32,000 nt of DNA from Okeania sp. (GCF_035285525.1 NZ_JAYKGW010000230.1:20638-52637); one strand, 5' to 3'; positions 11,965-21,529 are shown, counted from the first letter of the stretch. Made by a program: numbers and translations. Notes: a model not told the origin generated them from the sequence alone.

Positions 11965-11996
11965 CAGTTAGCTATCAGCTATCAGCTATGAGTTAT
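11965..11996. repeat. Heptamer array (CAGCTAT family)
   Basis: CAGTTAGCTATCAGCTATCAGCTATGAGTTAT read directly in the apcE 5' leader region. Confidence 0.7.
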
Positions 11997-12286
11997 TAAT
12001 TCATTATTTTGTCAGGAAAATTAGCCTCCAAAAAGAATTAAAAATTATCACAACCCAGTCAAAGCTGTTGGCGCAGCATTCTGGAGGAAGGGATGAATAC
12101 TAATAGCTATTTGCCTACCTATTTAACTTTGAATTTTTATGATACTTTAAGCAGGCTTTCCTTTGAGAAAAGACATAGTTTTCTTAAGGTAAATCTTAAG
12201 ACATTTTCTGCCATAAAAGCTGATATTAAAACCAAATCAATAATTTATCATTTTTTTGGTTTTAATGCTTTTACAGAAGACATAAT

Positions 12287-13381
12287 TTAACCAAAAGCTA
12301 CATAAACTTTTCTTTCCCCAGTAAAAGAAAGCCTACCATGACCTATACTATAATTATCCAAAATTATTATATCTCCCTCTTGCCAGGAAAATAATTCTGT
12401 ATTTTTCCAATAACTCTTGACGATAGAATAAACATCCCAAAAAGATAAATTAGAACCATCTTCAAATGCTACATCCAAAACTCTGTATTTGTAATTATTC
12501 CGAATCAATTTTTCGAGACAAATTTGCCCAAATGTGATTAAAAATAAGATAAGAAACACTAACCAATTCCTGAATTGTCTTTGGTAGTTAGCAACAAACC
12601 AAGCATCAATACAAATACCCCAAATATGAAACCAAGGAAACCATCCTGTCCAGACAGTTTCCTTAGTGATAGGATGAGAGCTAGTTATTGGCATCGCACA
12701 AGAAACAATTAAGTTATCATCAGTAAGCCACTCAGTCTGTCCTCCTGCATCAAAGCATTTTGTTTCAACTAAACCCTTATCCTCAGTGTTAAATACAGTC
12801 TTCCAAGATTTCGGATAACGAAACTTACCCCACTCCCATAATCGCACGTCAAATAATTTCTTCTCCATACTTACCCAAAAAAACTTTGTTATCAAATTGT
12901 TTTCGGAAAACTTCTCCTGTAAATCTTCAGGTAAGTCTGATAAAACCGATTTCATATTAATAACTGGAGTCTCCCCCCCACTTGTAGCAACTTGAGGGGA
13001 AAAAAATAATATATGAGCAGGTTGGTCTGATGGCGAATAGGATAATTCTGTATGACCAGCAATTGATAAATAACTTGGTACTGCAGAAGCAGTCCAGACA
13101 TATTCCGCAACTTTATGACGAGGTGCCCCACCAGGATATTGATTTTGCAGATTGGGAAAAATACTCAACCCCACCTGCTGAAACTGCTCAGGAGTTTTCA
13201 CTTTATATCCTCTAATGACTAGACCACCATAATTTCTCAAAGCAGACTCAACTTCGTATTGATGATGATTGAGATAATTAATTAGGGACTCAAAATTAGT
13301 GCAGTTTTGTTTAGCACTTACCATAAAAAGGTTTTGATTCAATTCTTTATATGGTTGATTGTCTTCATTGAGTTTCATCAT
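12287..13381 (-). CDS. TauD/TfdA-like Fe(II)/2-oxoglutarate-dependent oxygenase with a hydrophobic insertion
   Basis: 364-aa ORF. Facial-triad-like residues are GH110TE112 (HxE) and a distal H348 in DNYSIGHGRLSF, followed by R357. A Trp/Phe/Leu-rich stretch (residues ~245-288, nt 12518-12649) lies between the two halves. Confidence 0.6.
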   Translation of the reverse strand: MMKLNEDNQPYKELNQNLFMVSAKQNCTNFESLINYLNHHQYEVESALRNYGGLVIRGYKVKTPEQFQQVGLSIFPNLQNQYPGGAPRHKVAEYVWTASAVPSYLSIAGHTELSYSPSDQPAHILFFSPQVATSGGETPVINMKSVLSDLPEDLQEKFSENNLITKFFWVSMEKKLFDVRLWEWGKFRYPKSWKTVFNTEDKGLVETKCFDAGGQTEWLTDDNLIVSCAMPITSSHPITKETVWTGWFPWFHIWGICIDAWFVANYQRQFRNWLVFLILFLITFGQICLEKLIRNNYKYRVLDVAFEDGSNLSFWDVYSIVKSYWKNTELFSWQEGDIIILDNYSIGHGRLSFTGERKVYVAFG

Positions 13382-13695
13382 AGAGTTACCCCCATATACA
13401 GGAGTCAGACTTAATTGTGATTACCGTTCAATATTATGTTATATAGATTTATGGTCGTTTATCTTAGAGAAAATAATAAATTTTGTTAAGTAATTGTTGA
13501 TAATTGAAGGACTTGACCATAAAAATTTTCCCTGACTCCTGGTTAGACAGGATAATTAAATCATCAGGGCTAAAAAGTAGTCAACTCATTCTTAATTAAT
13601 TCTTTTAACTTTTGTGTAGCAAAATTAAGTTTTCGCAACAACATCATCAACAATTATCTGTATTCCTACACTCAATCTTAATTTTTGACTCAAAT

Positions 13696-14880
13696 ATGAA
13701 AGACAAACTTAATATTAGTTCTGCGGTTGAGGGACTCTACGATATTTTCCCATTTCCTCCAGACCCCTTAGTAGATGAACCACCTCCAGGATATAACTGG
13801 CGCTGGAGCTGGCCAGTAGCTTATAGTTTCTGTACTGGTCAAACACCGAAACAACAAGATATTAGAATTTTAGATGCAGGTTGTGGTACAGGTTCTAGTA
13901 CAGACTACTTAGTTCATCTCAACCCTGAAGCATCTGTAGTTGCAATAGATTTAAGTAGTGGTGCTTTGGAGGTAGCTAAGGAAAGATGTCAACGTTCGGG
14001 AGCTTCGCGGGTCGAGTTTCATCACCTCAGCATATATGATGTGTGTAACCTGGAAGGAGAGTTTGACTTTATTAATTCTGTAGGGGTGTTGCACCATTTA
14101 CCCGATCCAATTAAAGGTATCCAAAATTTAGCTTTGAAGTTAGCTCCTGGTGGAATTATGCACATCTTTGTCTATGCAGAGTTGGGACGTTGGGAAATTA
14201 GACTCATGCAGCAGGCGATCGCTATGCTTCAAGGCAATAAACGAGGCAACTATAAAGATGGAGTAAAAATCGGACGGCAACTTTTTGCTTCTTTACCAGA
14301 GAATAACCGTCTTGTCAAATATGAACAGGAAAGATGGGCTTTTGAAAATAAACGAGACGAATGTTTTGCCGATATGTATGTCCATCCCCAGGAGATTGAC
14401 TACAATATAGATACTTTGTTTGAGCTGATAGAAGCATCTGGTCTAGAATTTCTGGGATTTTCCAATTGGGAATATTGGGATATAAAACGACTGCTAGGAA
14501 AATCTCCAGAATTAATAGATAGAACAATTGATTTGAATGACCAGGAACGTTATCGTTTGATTGAATTATTAGATCCCCAAATTAGTCATTACGAGTTTTT
14601 CTTGGGGAGACCACCTCTAGATAGAGTTGATTGGTCTGACGATCAAGTTCTTAGCACAGCAATATCCCAATTAAGTCCTTGTATCCAGGGGTGGCCGAGC
14701 GAAAATATATTTGATGGTGACTATAAATTGGTAAATTTGTCAAGAGAAGAATATGAATTTTTACAAGCTTGTGATGAAGGGACAAAGACAGTAGGAGAAA
14801 TATTAACAAATTTGCCCATAGGACTAGAAACTGTGCGATCGCTTCAATCGAGACTTTTGATTTTACTAAATCCTAGCTAG
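13696..14880 (+). CDS. Class I SAM-dependent methyltransferase
   Basis: Start moved to ATG 13696 (MKDKLNISS); the track ORF begins at an upstream TTG. Motif I is ILDAGCGTGSSTDYL, with post-I IDLS and FDFINSVGVLHHL, plus a ~200-aa C-terminal extension. Confidence 0.8.
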   Translation: MKDKLNISSAVEGLYDIFPFPPDPLVDEPPPGYNWRWSWPVAYSFCTGQTPKQQDIRILDAGCGTGSSTDYLVHLNPEASVVAIDLSSGALEVAKERCQRSGASRVEFHHLSIYDVCNLEGEFDFINSVGVLHHLPDPIKGIQNLALKLAPGGIMHIFVYAELGRWEIRLMQQAIAMLQGNKRGNYKDGVKIGRQLFASLPENNRLVKYEQERWAFENKRDECFADMYVHPQEIDYNIDTLFELIEASGLEFLGFSNWEYWDIKRLLGKSPELIDRTIDLNDQERYRLIELLDPQISHYEFFLGRPPLDRVDWSDDQVLSTAISQLSPCIQGWPSENIFDGDYKLVNLSREEYEFLQACDEGTKTVGEILTNLPIGLETVRSLQSRLLILLNPS

Positions 14881-14907
14881 TAGGGGTAAATGGCCATTCG
14901 CTCCTAC
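14880..14907. repeat. GTAGGG-AATGGCCATT-CCCTAC type palindrome (degenerate copy)
   Basis: GTAGGGGTAAATGGCCATTCGCTCCTAC overlaps the methyltransferase stop codon. A perfect relative lies at 18674-18701. Confidence 0.7.
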
Positions 14908-14938
14908 ATTAATTACTGTAACTAAATTTCAAATTATC

Positions 14939-14997
14939 GTAGGGGTTTGGTCTCCAAATCCTATTATTCCTTGGGTTTGAAGACCAAACTCCTACAG
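14939..14997. repeat. GTAGGGGTTTGG...CCAAAC(T)CCTACAG hairpin element
   Basis: Long imperfect inverted repeat. Related copies are at 23981-24041 and 29834-29860, each followed by a (T)n-ACAAATCA-like tail. Confidence 0.75.
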
Positions 14998-15036
14998 TTT
15001 TCTTTTCACAAATCAATAGTCGAAATTTTTATCAAT

Positions 15037-15723
15037 ATGAAGTGGCAGGAAAAAGAAGATATAATTATTAATTTTATCGATACAATTTTTCAACAAATAA
15101 TTTCCGAAAATTCTACTTTACCCATTAGAGCAGTCTCTAGAGCTGGCGCAGAGATAAGTGATGTTTTAGAAGATAAATTTGTTGATATAGCACAGCAGCA
15201 AGAAAAAATTATTGAAGTTGCAGGTTCTCCTAAAGGAGCAACAAAAAATCCCTATGATATTTATTTTATATATGAGTTTAACAAGCAGGAACAAGAATTA
15301 ATTTGGATAGATATCAAAGCCACAAATGCAGTTTACAAAGATAGTAATCCAGATATGGGAACTTACAAAAAATTTCTAGATTTTTTCAAGAATGGAAATT
15401 ATTTTGCTGTATATTGTCAATTGGCTTATGTTCAGGATGAAAATGGTTTAAGATTTGTAGAAACTCCCACAAGTAAAATGGTTAATGTTTTTCTGTTGAA
15501 AGATATTAATTCTTCTTTTAGGATTCAGCCAAATAATCAATTACAAGTTAATTATGCTTCTTCTCCTCAACGTCGGAGTTTAACTGACTTTATTGATTTA
15601 CTAAAAGAAAAAGTACAAGCTTCTTTAGTCAGAAAGCAGCAAAAGATAGAAAAAGAAATCAATAGATTAGAATCTGATTTTGATAATGTCAAACAAGAAG
15701 TGAAAAAGACTCTATCTCGCTAA
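15037..15723 (+). CDS. Putative type II restriction endonuclease (PD-(D/E)XK-like), partner of the adjacent methyltransferase
   Basis: Start moved to ATG 15037 (MKWQEKEDII); the upstream part of the track ORF is repeat DNA. The 228-aa product has NPYD-x17-DIK (PYDIYFIY...LIWIDIKAT), an EcoRV-style catalytic pattern. It converges on and overlaps the DNA methyltransferase gene. No family was recognised by eye. Confidence 0.45.
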   Translation: MKWQEKEDIIINFIDTIFQQIISENSTLPIRAVSRAGAEISDVLEDKFVDIAQQQEKIIEVAGSPKGATKNPYDIYFIYEFNKQEQELIWIDIKATNAVYKDSNPDMGTYKKFLDFFKNGNYFAVYCQLAYVQDENGLRFVETPTSKMVNVFLLKDINSSFRIQPNNQLQVNYASSPQRRSLTDFIDLLKEKVQASLVRKQQKIEKEINRLESDFDNVKQEVKKTLSR

Positions 15724-17512
15724 TTTCTCGATCGGTAAATTTCAATTCTTGGTAAATCAGAGAATCAATTTTATTTCTATCTATCATACTAATTACTTCC
15801 TTAAAAAATAAACTTTTTTCATCCAACCAAAAAGGTAATCTTTTTAGATCGCTAACTTTAATTTGAGGTTGCTGTTTAGGATTTTTTCTAATAATATTCA
15901 TCTGATACGCTAGATATAAATATAATTTAGAGTTAAGTAAAAGTTCCGTATAAATTAAAATATTTTCCCAGTCTTCCTTTCTAAAATTAGAATAAATAGG
16001 AGTTAATACATATAAACTATTATTTGCCATCAAATTTTCATTTGTAAATTTGGCAATTAAGCGATCGCTTGACTGTCGAATAAAAATTTTAGGCGATCTG
16101 TAAATTTCCAATTGACCTAAACCAATACGCTTTTTATTTTTAATACCTTCTTTATCCAATTTCACTCTAATTTCTTCGCTAAGTCGAAGTTGTAATTCAT
16201 AATCATATTTAAGATAATGAAAAAATTCAAAAGGTTTATCTGGAGATAATAAAGACTTTCCTCCTTCTAGATAAGGCATAATTAATCCAGATTTATCTCT
16301 TTGATAATCTTCTTTAGTAACTAAAAATTTTTCAGTTAAATTTAACAACATACAACAGGTTCTAATTGATTTTCTGGGAAAATAGTCAACCAATAGTTTA
16401 TTCTGAGCAAGCTTATCTAAAATTGAGTTGTAATCAGATATACCGATCCTACATTCCACATCTTTCAACCATTTATCCCGATCTATTTCCCGAATTTTAT
16501 GTTGAGAAAAATCTTCTATTAAAACAGGTTTTTCAGGGTAAATATTCCTAATATGCCAGATTGTTTGACCACTAGCGACATTCTCAAAATTAGTTAAACC
16601 CATCTGAATATATTTAATTTGGAAATTTTTAATTATCCACTTACGCAAATAATAAGCTGAGGTTTCGTAAATGGAATTATCTAACAAGTAAATTAAATCC
16701 CCACCTGTTTTGAGCAGATTCAAACCATGTTCAATAAAAAACATATACAAATTTAATTTACCATTTTTGACTGAATCAGGAATAAACTCATAGTTGCTTA
16801 AATAATATTTTCTATGACTTTCCGGTAATTTTTTACTACGTCTGCCGTAAAAAGTGATAAAAGGTGGATTGCCAAAAATATAATCAAACTTTAGATCTTT
16901 TTTAATATTTATTACTTGCTTTGAATCTTTATAGATAATGTTAAAATCATTAATAAAGTCAAATCCCTGTGTAGCTTTTACAGTGAAATCAGTCTGATAA
17001 AAATTAAGGTTTTGATAAGTAGAAATGTCAATCTTAAAAAATTTCTCTAGTTCTAATAAAAACCGAACTTTACAAATTTCTAGTGCTTCCCAATCTAGAT
17101 CGAATCCATAGATTAAATTTAATATTTCATCTACAAAATCAAAAGAATATTTAGTTAGTAGTTCTTTGGCTAATATCAAAACAAAATTGCCAGTACCAGT
17201 AGCGGGGTCTAAATATTTAAAATAGGGTTTAATTTCGATTTGTGAAATAATTTTATTGACTAAATTATCAGAAGTATAGAATGCTCCTAAACGGGGCGAT
17301 CGAGATTTAGCAAATACTTCTAGGTTGGTTACATCTAATTTAATATTTTGTGTGCTATTGTCAAGGATATTTTCAATCAAAAAGTCTTTTAATTGAGAGT
17401 TTTTCAGTTTGACAACTAAACTATAGAAAACATCTTGAAATTCTGAAGTTATATATGGTTTATTCTGATTATTTGTAATGATTTTTGTCTCGTAGAGATA
17501 GTTGAATTTCAT
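15689..17512 (-). CDS. Type II N6-adenine DNA methyltransferase (gamma class, Eco57I/TaqI-like)
   Basis: 607-aa ORF. Motif X is GAFYTS, motif I is LDPATGTGNFVL, motif IV is IFGNPPF, in gamma-class order. A long C-terminal region is presumably target recognition. Confidence 0.85.
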   Translation of the reverse strand: MKFNYLYETKIITNNQNKPYITSEFQDVFYSLVVKLKNSQLKDFLIENILDNSTQNIKLDVTNLEVFAKSRSPRLGAFYTSDNLVNKIISQIEIKPYFKYLDPATGTGNFVLILAKELLTKYSFDFVDEILNLIYGFDLDWEALEICKVRFLLELEKFFKIDISTYQNLNFYQTDFTVKATQGFDFINDFNIIYKDSKQVINIKKDLKFDYIFGNPPFITFYGRRSKKLPESHRKYYLSNYEFIPDSVKNGKLNLYMFFIEHGLNLLKTGGDLIYLLDNSIYETSAYYLRKWIIKNFQIKYIQMGLTNFENVASGQTIWHIRNIYPEKPVLIEDFSQHKIREIDRDKWLKDVECRIGISDYNSILDKLAQNKLLVDYFPRKSIRTCCMLLNLTEKFLVTKEDYQRDKSGLIMPYLEGGKSLLSPDKPFEFFHYLKYDYELQLRLSEEIRVKLDKEGIKNKKRIGLGQLEIYRSPKIFIRQSSDRLIAKFTNENLMANNSLYVLTPIYSNFRKEDWENILIYTELLLNSKLYLYLAYQMNIIRKNPKQQPQIKVSDLKRLPFWLDEKSLFFKEVISMIDRNKIDSLIYQELKFTDREISEIESFSLLV

Positions 17513-17576
17513 TTCAGTTATCTTGATAACTTAATTTTTTCCTTTGAAATATAACATAACATATAAGTAGTTGGGC

Positions 17577-17620
17577 AAAATTAATTTCCTAGTTGAGAAA
17601 AATTAATTTCCTAGTTGAGA
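17577..17620. repeat. Perfect 22-bp tandem duplication AAAATTAATTTCCTAGTTGAGA x2
   Basis: 17577-17598 and 17599-17620 are identical. They lie 65-108 bp upstream of the methyltransferase start on the minus strand. Confidence 0.9.
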
Positions 17621-18155
17621 GAGGTATGGAAGGAAAAAGTAATACGGAACAGAAAGGAAAAATTGATAATTTATTGATAAGATTGGAGATGTCTAATAAT
17701 AATGTGAAATTAATCTTGCTTATTAACTTATACAATTAATTTTGCAAACCCTACTTAGCAATCTTAAAAATAATGGAAACTACATATCTTTAATAAGATT
17801 ATAAGGGATAACTTTTTAAGGAGAATTTAGGCAGGGCTAATTCTTTGTAGCCAGAGAATATTTATATGAAATATATCTGTATTGTGCAAGTATGCAAACC
17901 TCACCCCATCTCCCCATCTCTACATCCATTTTTCTGAGCGTGACAATGGGCAATTTAGGGGGACGATAATTTTACCTAATAAGTGCAGGAATTGCTATAT
18001 TCTCTACAGATTAAGTCCATTTCTTTGAGCTTTTGACTTATAAATATTGACTTATGACTTATAAATAAAATGTTAAATAAGTTGACCCCAACATGGTATG
18101 ATGGCTCCTGGCATATAAAAAAAGCCTACAACTTGTGATTAGTATCTAAAGTTTT

Positions 18156-18629
18156 GTGAATTTATCTGATACATCACCAGAACCCATAACTACTGTTGAA
18201 AGTAATACTTCAGAAGTAGGGACTGTTGAAAGTAATACTTCAGAAGCAGGGACCATACCAGCAGAACCAAATCCTTCAATACAAGAATATTACAAACTCC
18301 AACAGGAATTATATGTAATTACCTTGACAATCACAGGTATAATATTTATCTTTGTCTGGGTTTTTTACTCCCTAAACATTGCTCTTAATTATTTGATAGG
18401 AGCAGCGACAAGTGTGGTTTACTTAAGAATGTTGGCTAAAGATGTTGAACGTATTGGCAGAGAAACAGGAGGTCTAAGTAAAACCAGACTAGCTATCTTT
18501 GTGGGGTTAATAATATTAGCAACTCAATTAAATGAGCTAAAAATTTTACCGATTTTCCTAGGATTTCTGACTTACAAAGCAGCCCTCATAATATATGTAG
18601 TCCGCACATCCTTCATGCCTAACTCATAA
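18156..18629 (+). CDS. atpI: ATP synthase protein I (atp1 product)
   Basis: 157-aa ORF, first gene of the atp1 cluster. The C-terminal two thirds are hydrophobic ([36 protein letters not shown] ... [19 protein letters not shown]). GTG 18156 is the only plausible start, because TAA at 18147-18149 closes the frame upstream. Confidence 0.8.
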   Translation: MNLSDTSPEPITTVESNTSEVGTVESNTSEAGTIPAEPNPSIQEYYKLQQELYVITLTITGIIFIFVWVFYSLNIALNYLIGAATSVVYLRMLAKDVERIGRETGGLSKTRLAIFVGLIILATQLNELKILPIFLGFLTYKAALIIYVVRTSFMPNS

Positions 18630-18673
18630 AAAAAAGCGGTCAGCTCTCAGCAGTCATCAAGATTATTTTAACA

Positions 18674-18701
18674 GTAGGGCTGAATGGCCATTCAGCCCTA
18701 C
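18674..18701. repeat. Perfect 28-bp palindrome GTAGGGCTGAATGGCCATTCAGCCCTAC
   Basis: 14+14 nt perfect inverted repeat between atpI and atpB. Same family as 14880-14907. Confidence 0.9.
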
Positions 18702-18769
18702 AAGTTGATAGCTGAAAGCTAATAGCTAAATCCACACCTTGACATAAATCGGGAAGCCTGATCACCAAA

Positions 18770-19516
18770 ATGCTAGATGTTTTAAACACTATTAACTTTT
18801 TACCTCTGGCTGAATTGGAAGTTGGCCAGCATTTCTACTGGGAGCTAGGTAGCATCAAAATACATGGGCAAATTATACTCACATCTTGGTTTGTAATTGC
18901 TCTGATACTTTTAGCTGCTTTTGTATCCTCACGCAATGTGCAGCGCATCCCCAGTGGAATGCAAAATTTCATGGAATCTGTCCTGGAATTTATACGCAGT
19001 CTAACCAAAGACCAGATTGGTGAAAAAGATTATCGCCCTTGGGTACCATTTGTTGGTACGTTGTTCTTGTTCATATTTGTGTCAAATTGGTCAGGAGCTT
19101 TAGTCCCTTGGAAAGTAGTAGAATTACCTTCCGGAGAATTAGCTGCCCCCACCAGCGACATTAATACAACAGTGGCATTGGCATTACTGACTTCCATAGC
19201 ATATTTTTATGCAGGTATCAGTAAAAAAGGCTTAGGATATTTTGCTGGTTATGCGGAACCAGTACCTTTTATGGTCCCATTCAAGATCATAGAAGACTTT
19301 ACCAAACCTCTATCTCTAAGCTTCCGTTTATTTGGTAATATTCTCGCAGATGAATTAGTAGTAGGAGTGCTAGTTCTGTTAGTGCCTTTGTTTATTCCCG
19401 TTCCACTAATGGTTTTGGGTTTATTCTTAAGCGCGATTCAAGCACTAATTTTCGCTACCCTAGCTGCTAACTACATCGGAGAAGCATTAGAAGAACACGG
19501 CGAACATCACGACTAA
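18770..19516 (+). CDS. atpB: F0F1 ATP synthase subunit a
   Basis: 248-aa polytopic ORF with the conserved [17 protein letters not shown] segment (essential Arg). Confidence 0.95.
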   Translation: MLDVLNTINFLPLAELEVGQHFYWELGSIKIHGQIILTSWFVIALILLAAFVSSRNVQRIPSGMQNFMESVLEFIRSLTKDQIGEKDYRPWVPFVGTLFLFIFVSNWSGALVPWKVVELPSGELAAPTSDINTTVALALLTSIAYFYAGISKKGLGYFAGYAEPVPFMVPFKIIEDFTKPLSLSFRLFGNILADELVVGVLVLLVPLFIPVPLMVLGLFLSAIQALIFATLAANYIGEALEEHGEHHD

Positions 19517-19823
19517 GAATTAATTAGGCAGTAGAAAAAAACTTGCTTAAAAAAACTCAAAGTCTGATATTCTAACCTGTTAGTGGGATGAAAAGTTACT
19601 AGGTTCATATAGATTGAAAATAGTAAAGTCAAAAAATCCCAGAAAAAGAAGAATCTAGGGTGTGAGAAGCCCTGGAGATGTCAAAACTAAAAATCAGAGT
19701 TGATGAGTGATGTGAGATAAAAGCCAGAAATTTGAACAGGTTCAGTTTCACGCTCCACTTTGATCGTTACATCAATTCATCTAAAACAGTGACCATTGTG
19801 TAGTTGGTTGCACTACAGTGTAA

Positions 19824-20132
<309 letters not shown>

Positions 20133-20160
20133 GAAAAACCTGATTTATAGGAAGTAGGGA

Positions 20161-20200
20161 TTTTAGATTTTAGATTTTAGATATCCAAAATCTAAAATCT
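20161..20200 (+). repeat. Heptamer-built hairpin (TTTTAGA)x3 ... AAAATCTAAAATCT just after atpE
   Basis: AGATTTTAGATTTT (20165-20178) pairs perfectly with AAAATCTAAAATCT (20187-20200), giving a 14-bp stem and 8-nt loop. It lies ~30 nt after the atpE stop. Confidence 0.8.
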
Positions 20201-20250
20201 TGAAATCAAACACTTATAGAAACTATGGGAACCACCAAAGATAAGAAAAA

Positions 20251-20736
20251 ATGATCAACTCGACAATTTTACTGGCTGTTGAAGAAGTAGCCAAAGAGGG
20301 TGGTTTATTTGATATTAATGCCACTCTACCCATAATGGCAATTCAATTTCTACTTCTGGCTTTTGTCTTAGACAAAATTTTTTATAAGCCATTAGGTAAT
20401 GCTATAGATTCTCGTGCAGATTATATTCGCGATAATCAACTAAAAGCAGAAGAACGTTTGATAAAGGCGAAACAGTTAGCTGCACAATACGAGCAAGAGT
20501 TAGCAGAAAGCCGGAAAAAATCTCAAAAGGTTATTGCTGCAGCTCAAGCAGAAGCTGAGAAAATAGCAACTACTAAACTTGCTGAAGCTCAACAAGAAGC
20601 ACAGGCAAAGAGAGAACAAGCAGCTCAAGAAATAGAACGGGAAAAGGAAGCAGCTTTGCAACAGTTAGATGCACAAGTAGACTCTCTCAGTCGCCAAATT
20701 CTCGAAAAACTATTAGGACCAGAATTGGTCAGATAG
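20251..20736 (+). CDS. atpF2: F0F1 ATP synthase subunit b'
   Basis: 161-aa [27 protein letters not shown] is followed by a long Ala/Glu/Gln-rich helix. It sits between c and b, as in cyanobacterial atp1 operons. Confidence 0.88.
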   Translation: MINSTILLAVEEVAKEGGLFDINATLPIMAIQFLLLAFVLDKIFYKPLGNAIDSRADYIRDNQLKAEERLIKAKQLAAQYEQELAESRKKSQKVIAAAQAEAEKIATTKLAEAQQEAQAKREQAAQEIEREKEAALQQLDAQVDSLSRQILEKLLGPELVR

Positions 20737-20830
20737 ACAAATTTAGAATTTAACAACAATATTCTAATATTTGCTCGGACTGCTATTACTAAGCTTAACA
20801 TCCAACAAGAGAATAAAAGGCTTTTCATTA

Positions 20831-20969
20831 ATTGATAATGGATAATGAATTAATGGATAATTACCTGTGATTAAAACCGTAAGGGAATTGAATATAGGTA
20901 AATCTCCTAGCAATTTTTCTCCTTAATTGGAGTTGCTTTAAATCAGATTGATTAATTATCAATTATCCA
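20831..20969. repeat. Inverted pair of GGATAAT / ATTATCC heptamer arrays in the b'-b spacer
   Basis: ATTGATAATGGATAATGAATTAATGGATAATTA (20831-20863) and ATTAATTATCAATTATCCAT (20951-20970) are in opposite orientation. Confidence 0.7.
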
Positions 20970-20999
20970 TTGGTAAGGGCTGACCTATTACAGAATATC

Positions 21000-21527
21000 A
21001 TGATAAATGTTTTATGGCTAGCTACAGAAGCTAGTGCAGAAGAAGGTTTTGGTCTAAACCTGGATATTTTAGACACAAACCTAATTAATTTAGGAATTAT
21101 AATTGCTGCTCTGCTCTATTTTGCGCCAGGTTTCATTGGGAAAATTCTTGGTGAAAGACGCGCTACTATTGAACAGGCAATCACAGAAGCAGAAAAGCGT
21201 CAACAGCAAGCAGCAGCAGCATTAGCAGAGCAACAACAAAACTTGCAACAAGCTCAAGCAGAAGCCAAAAAAATTATAGCTACTGCTGAAACCAGAGCGC
21301 AGGAAGTTAAACAGAAAATTGCACTGCAAGCTGAAGCAGATATTGAGCGGATGAAAGCTACTGCTAGCCAAGAAATGGATACTGAAAGAAATAGGGCGGT
21401 TGCTCAACTACGCTCAATTGTAGCATCTAAAGCATTGGCACAAGTAGAATCTCGACTACAAGAAACTTTGGATGAGAATGCCCAGCAACAATTAGTAGAT
21501 CGTAGCATAGGGTTATTGGGAGGTTAA
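21000..21527 (+). CDS. atpF: F0F1 ATP synthase subunit b
   Basis: Start moved to ATG 21000 ([10 protein letters not shown]); the track ORF begins at TTG 20970. [26 protein letters not shown] is followed by a long charged helix. Confidence 0.85.
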   Translation: MINVLWLATEASAEEGFGLNLDILDTNLINLGIIIAALLYFAPGFIGKILGERRATIEQAITEAEKRQQQAAAALAEQQQNLQQAQAEAKKIIATAETRAQEVKQKIALQAEADIERMKATASQEMDTERNRAVAQLRSIVASKALAQVESRLQETLDENAQQQLVDRSIGLLGG

Positions 21528-21529
21528 TT

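Noticed and set aside
12093-12290. 65-aa ORF in the apcE upstream region. The ORFs at 4364-4573 and 26784-27014 are of the same kind.
   Set aside because: They have no ribosome-binding context or motifs, overlap neighbouring real genes or repeat arrays, and are most likely spurious.
14947-15036. Upstream extension of the nuclease-candidate ORF. Similar extensions occur at 13612-13695, 19827-19886 and 20970-20999.
   Set aside because: The extensions start at non-ATG codons or run through repeat DNA. Internal ATGs give N-termini matching the expected protein families.
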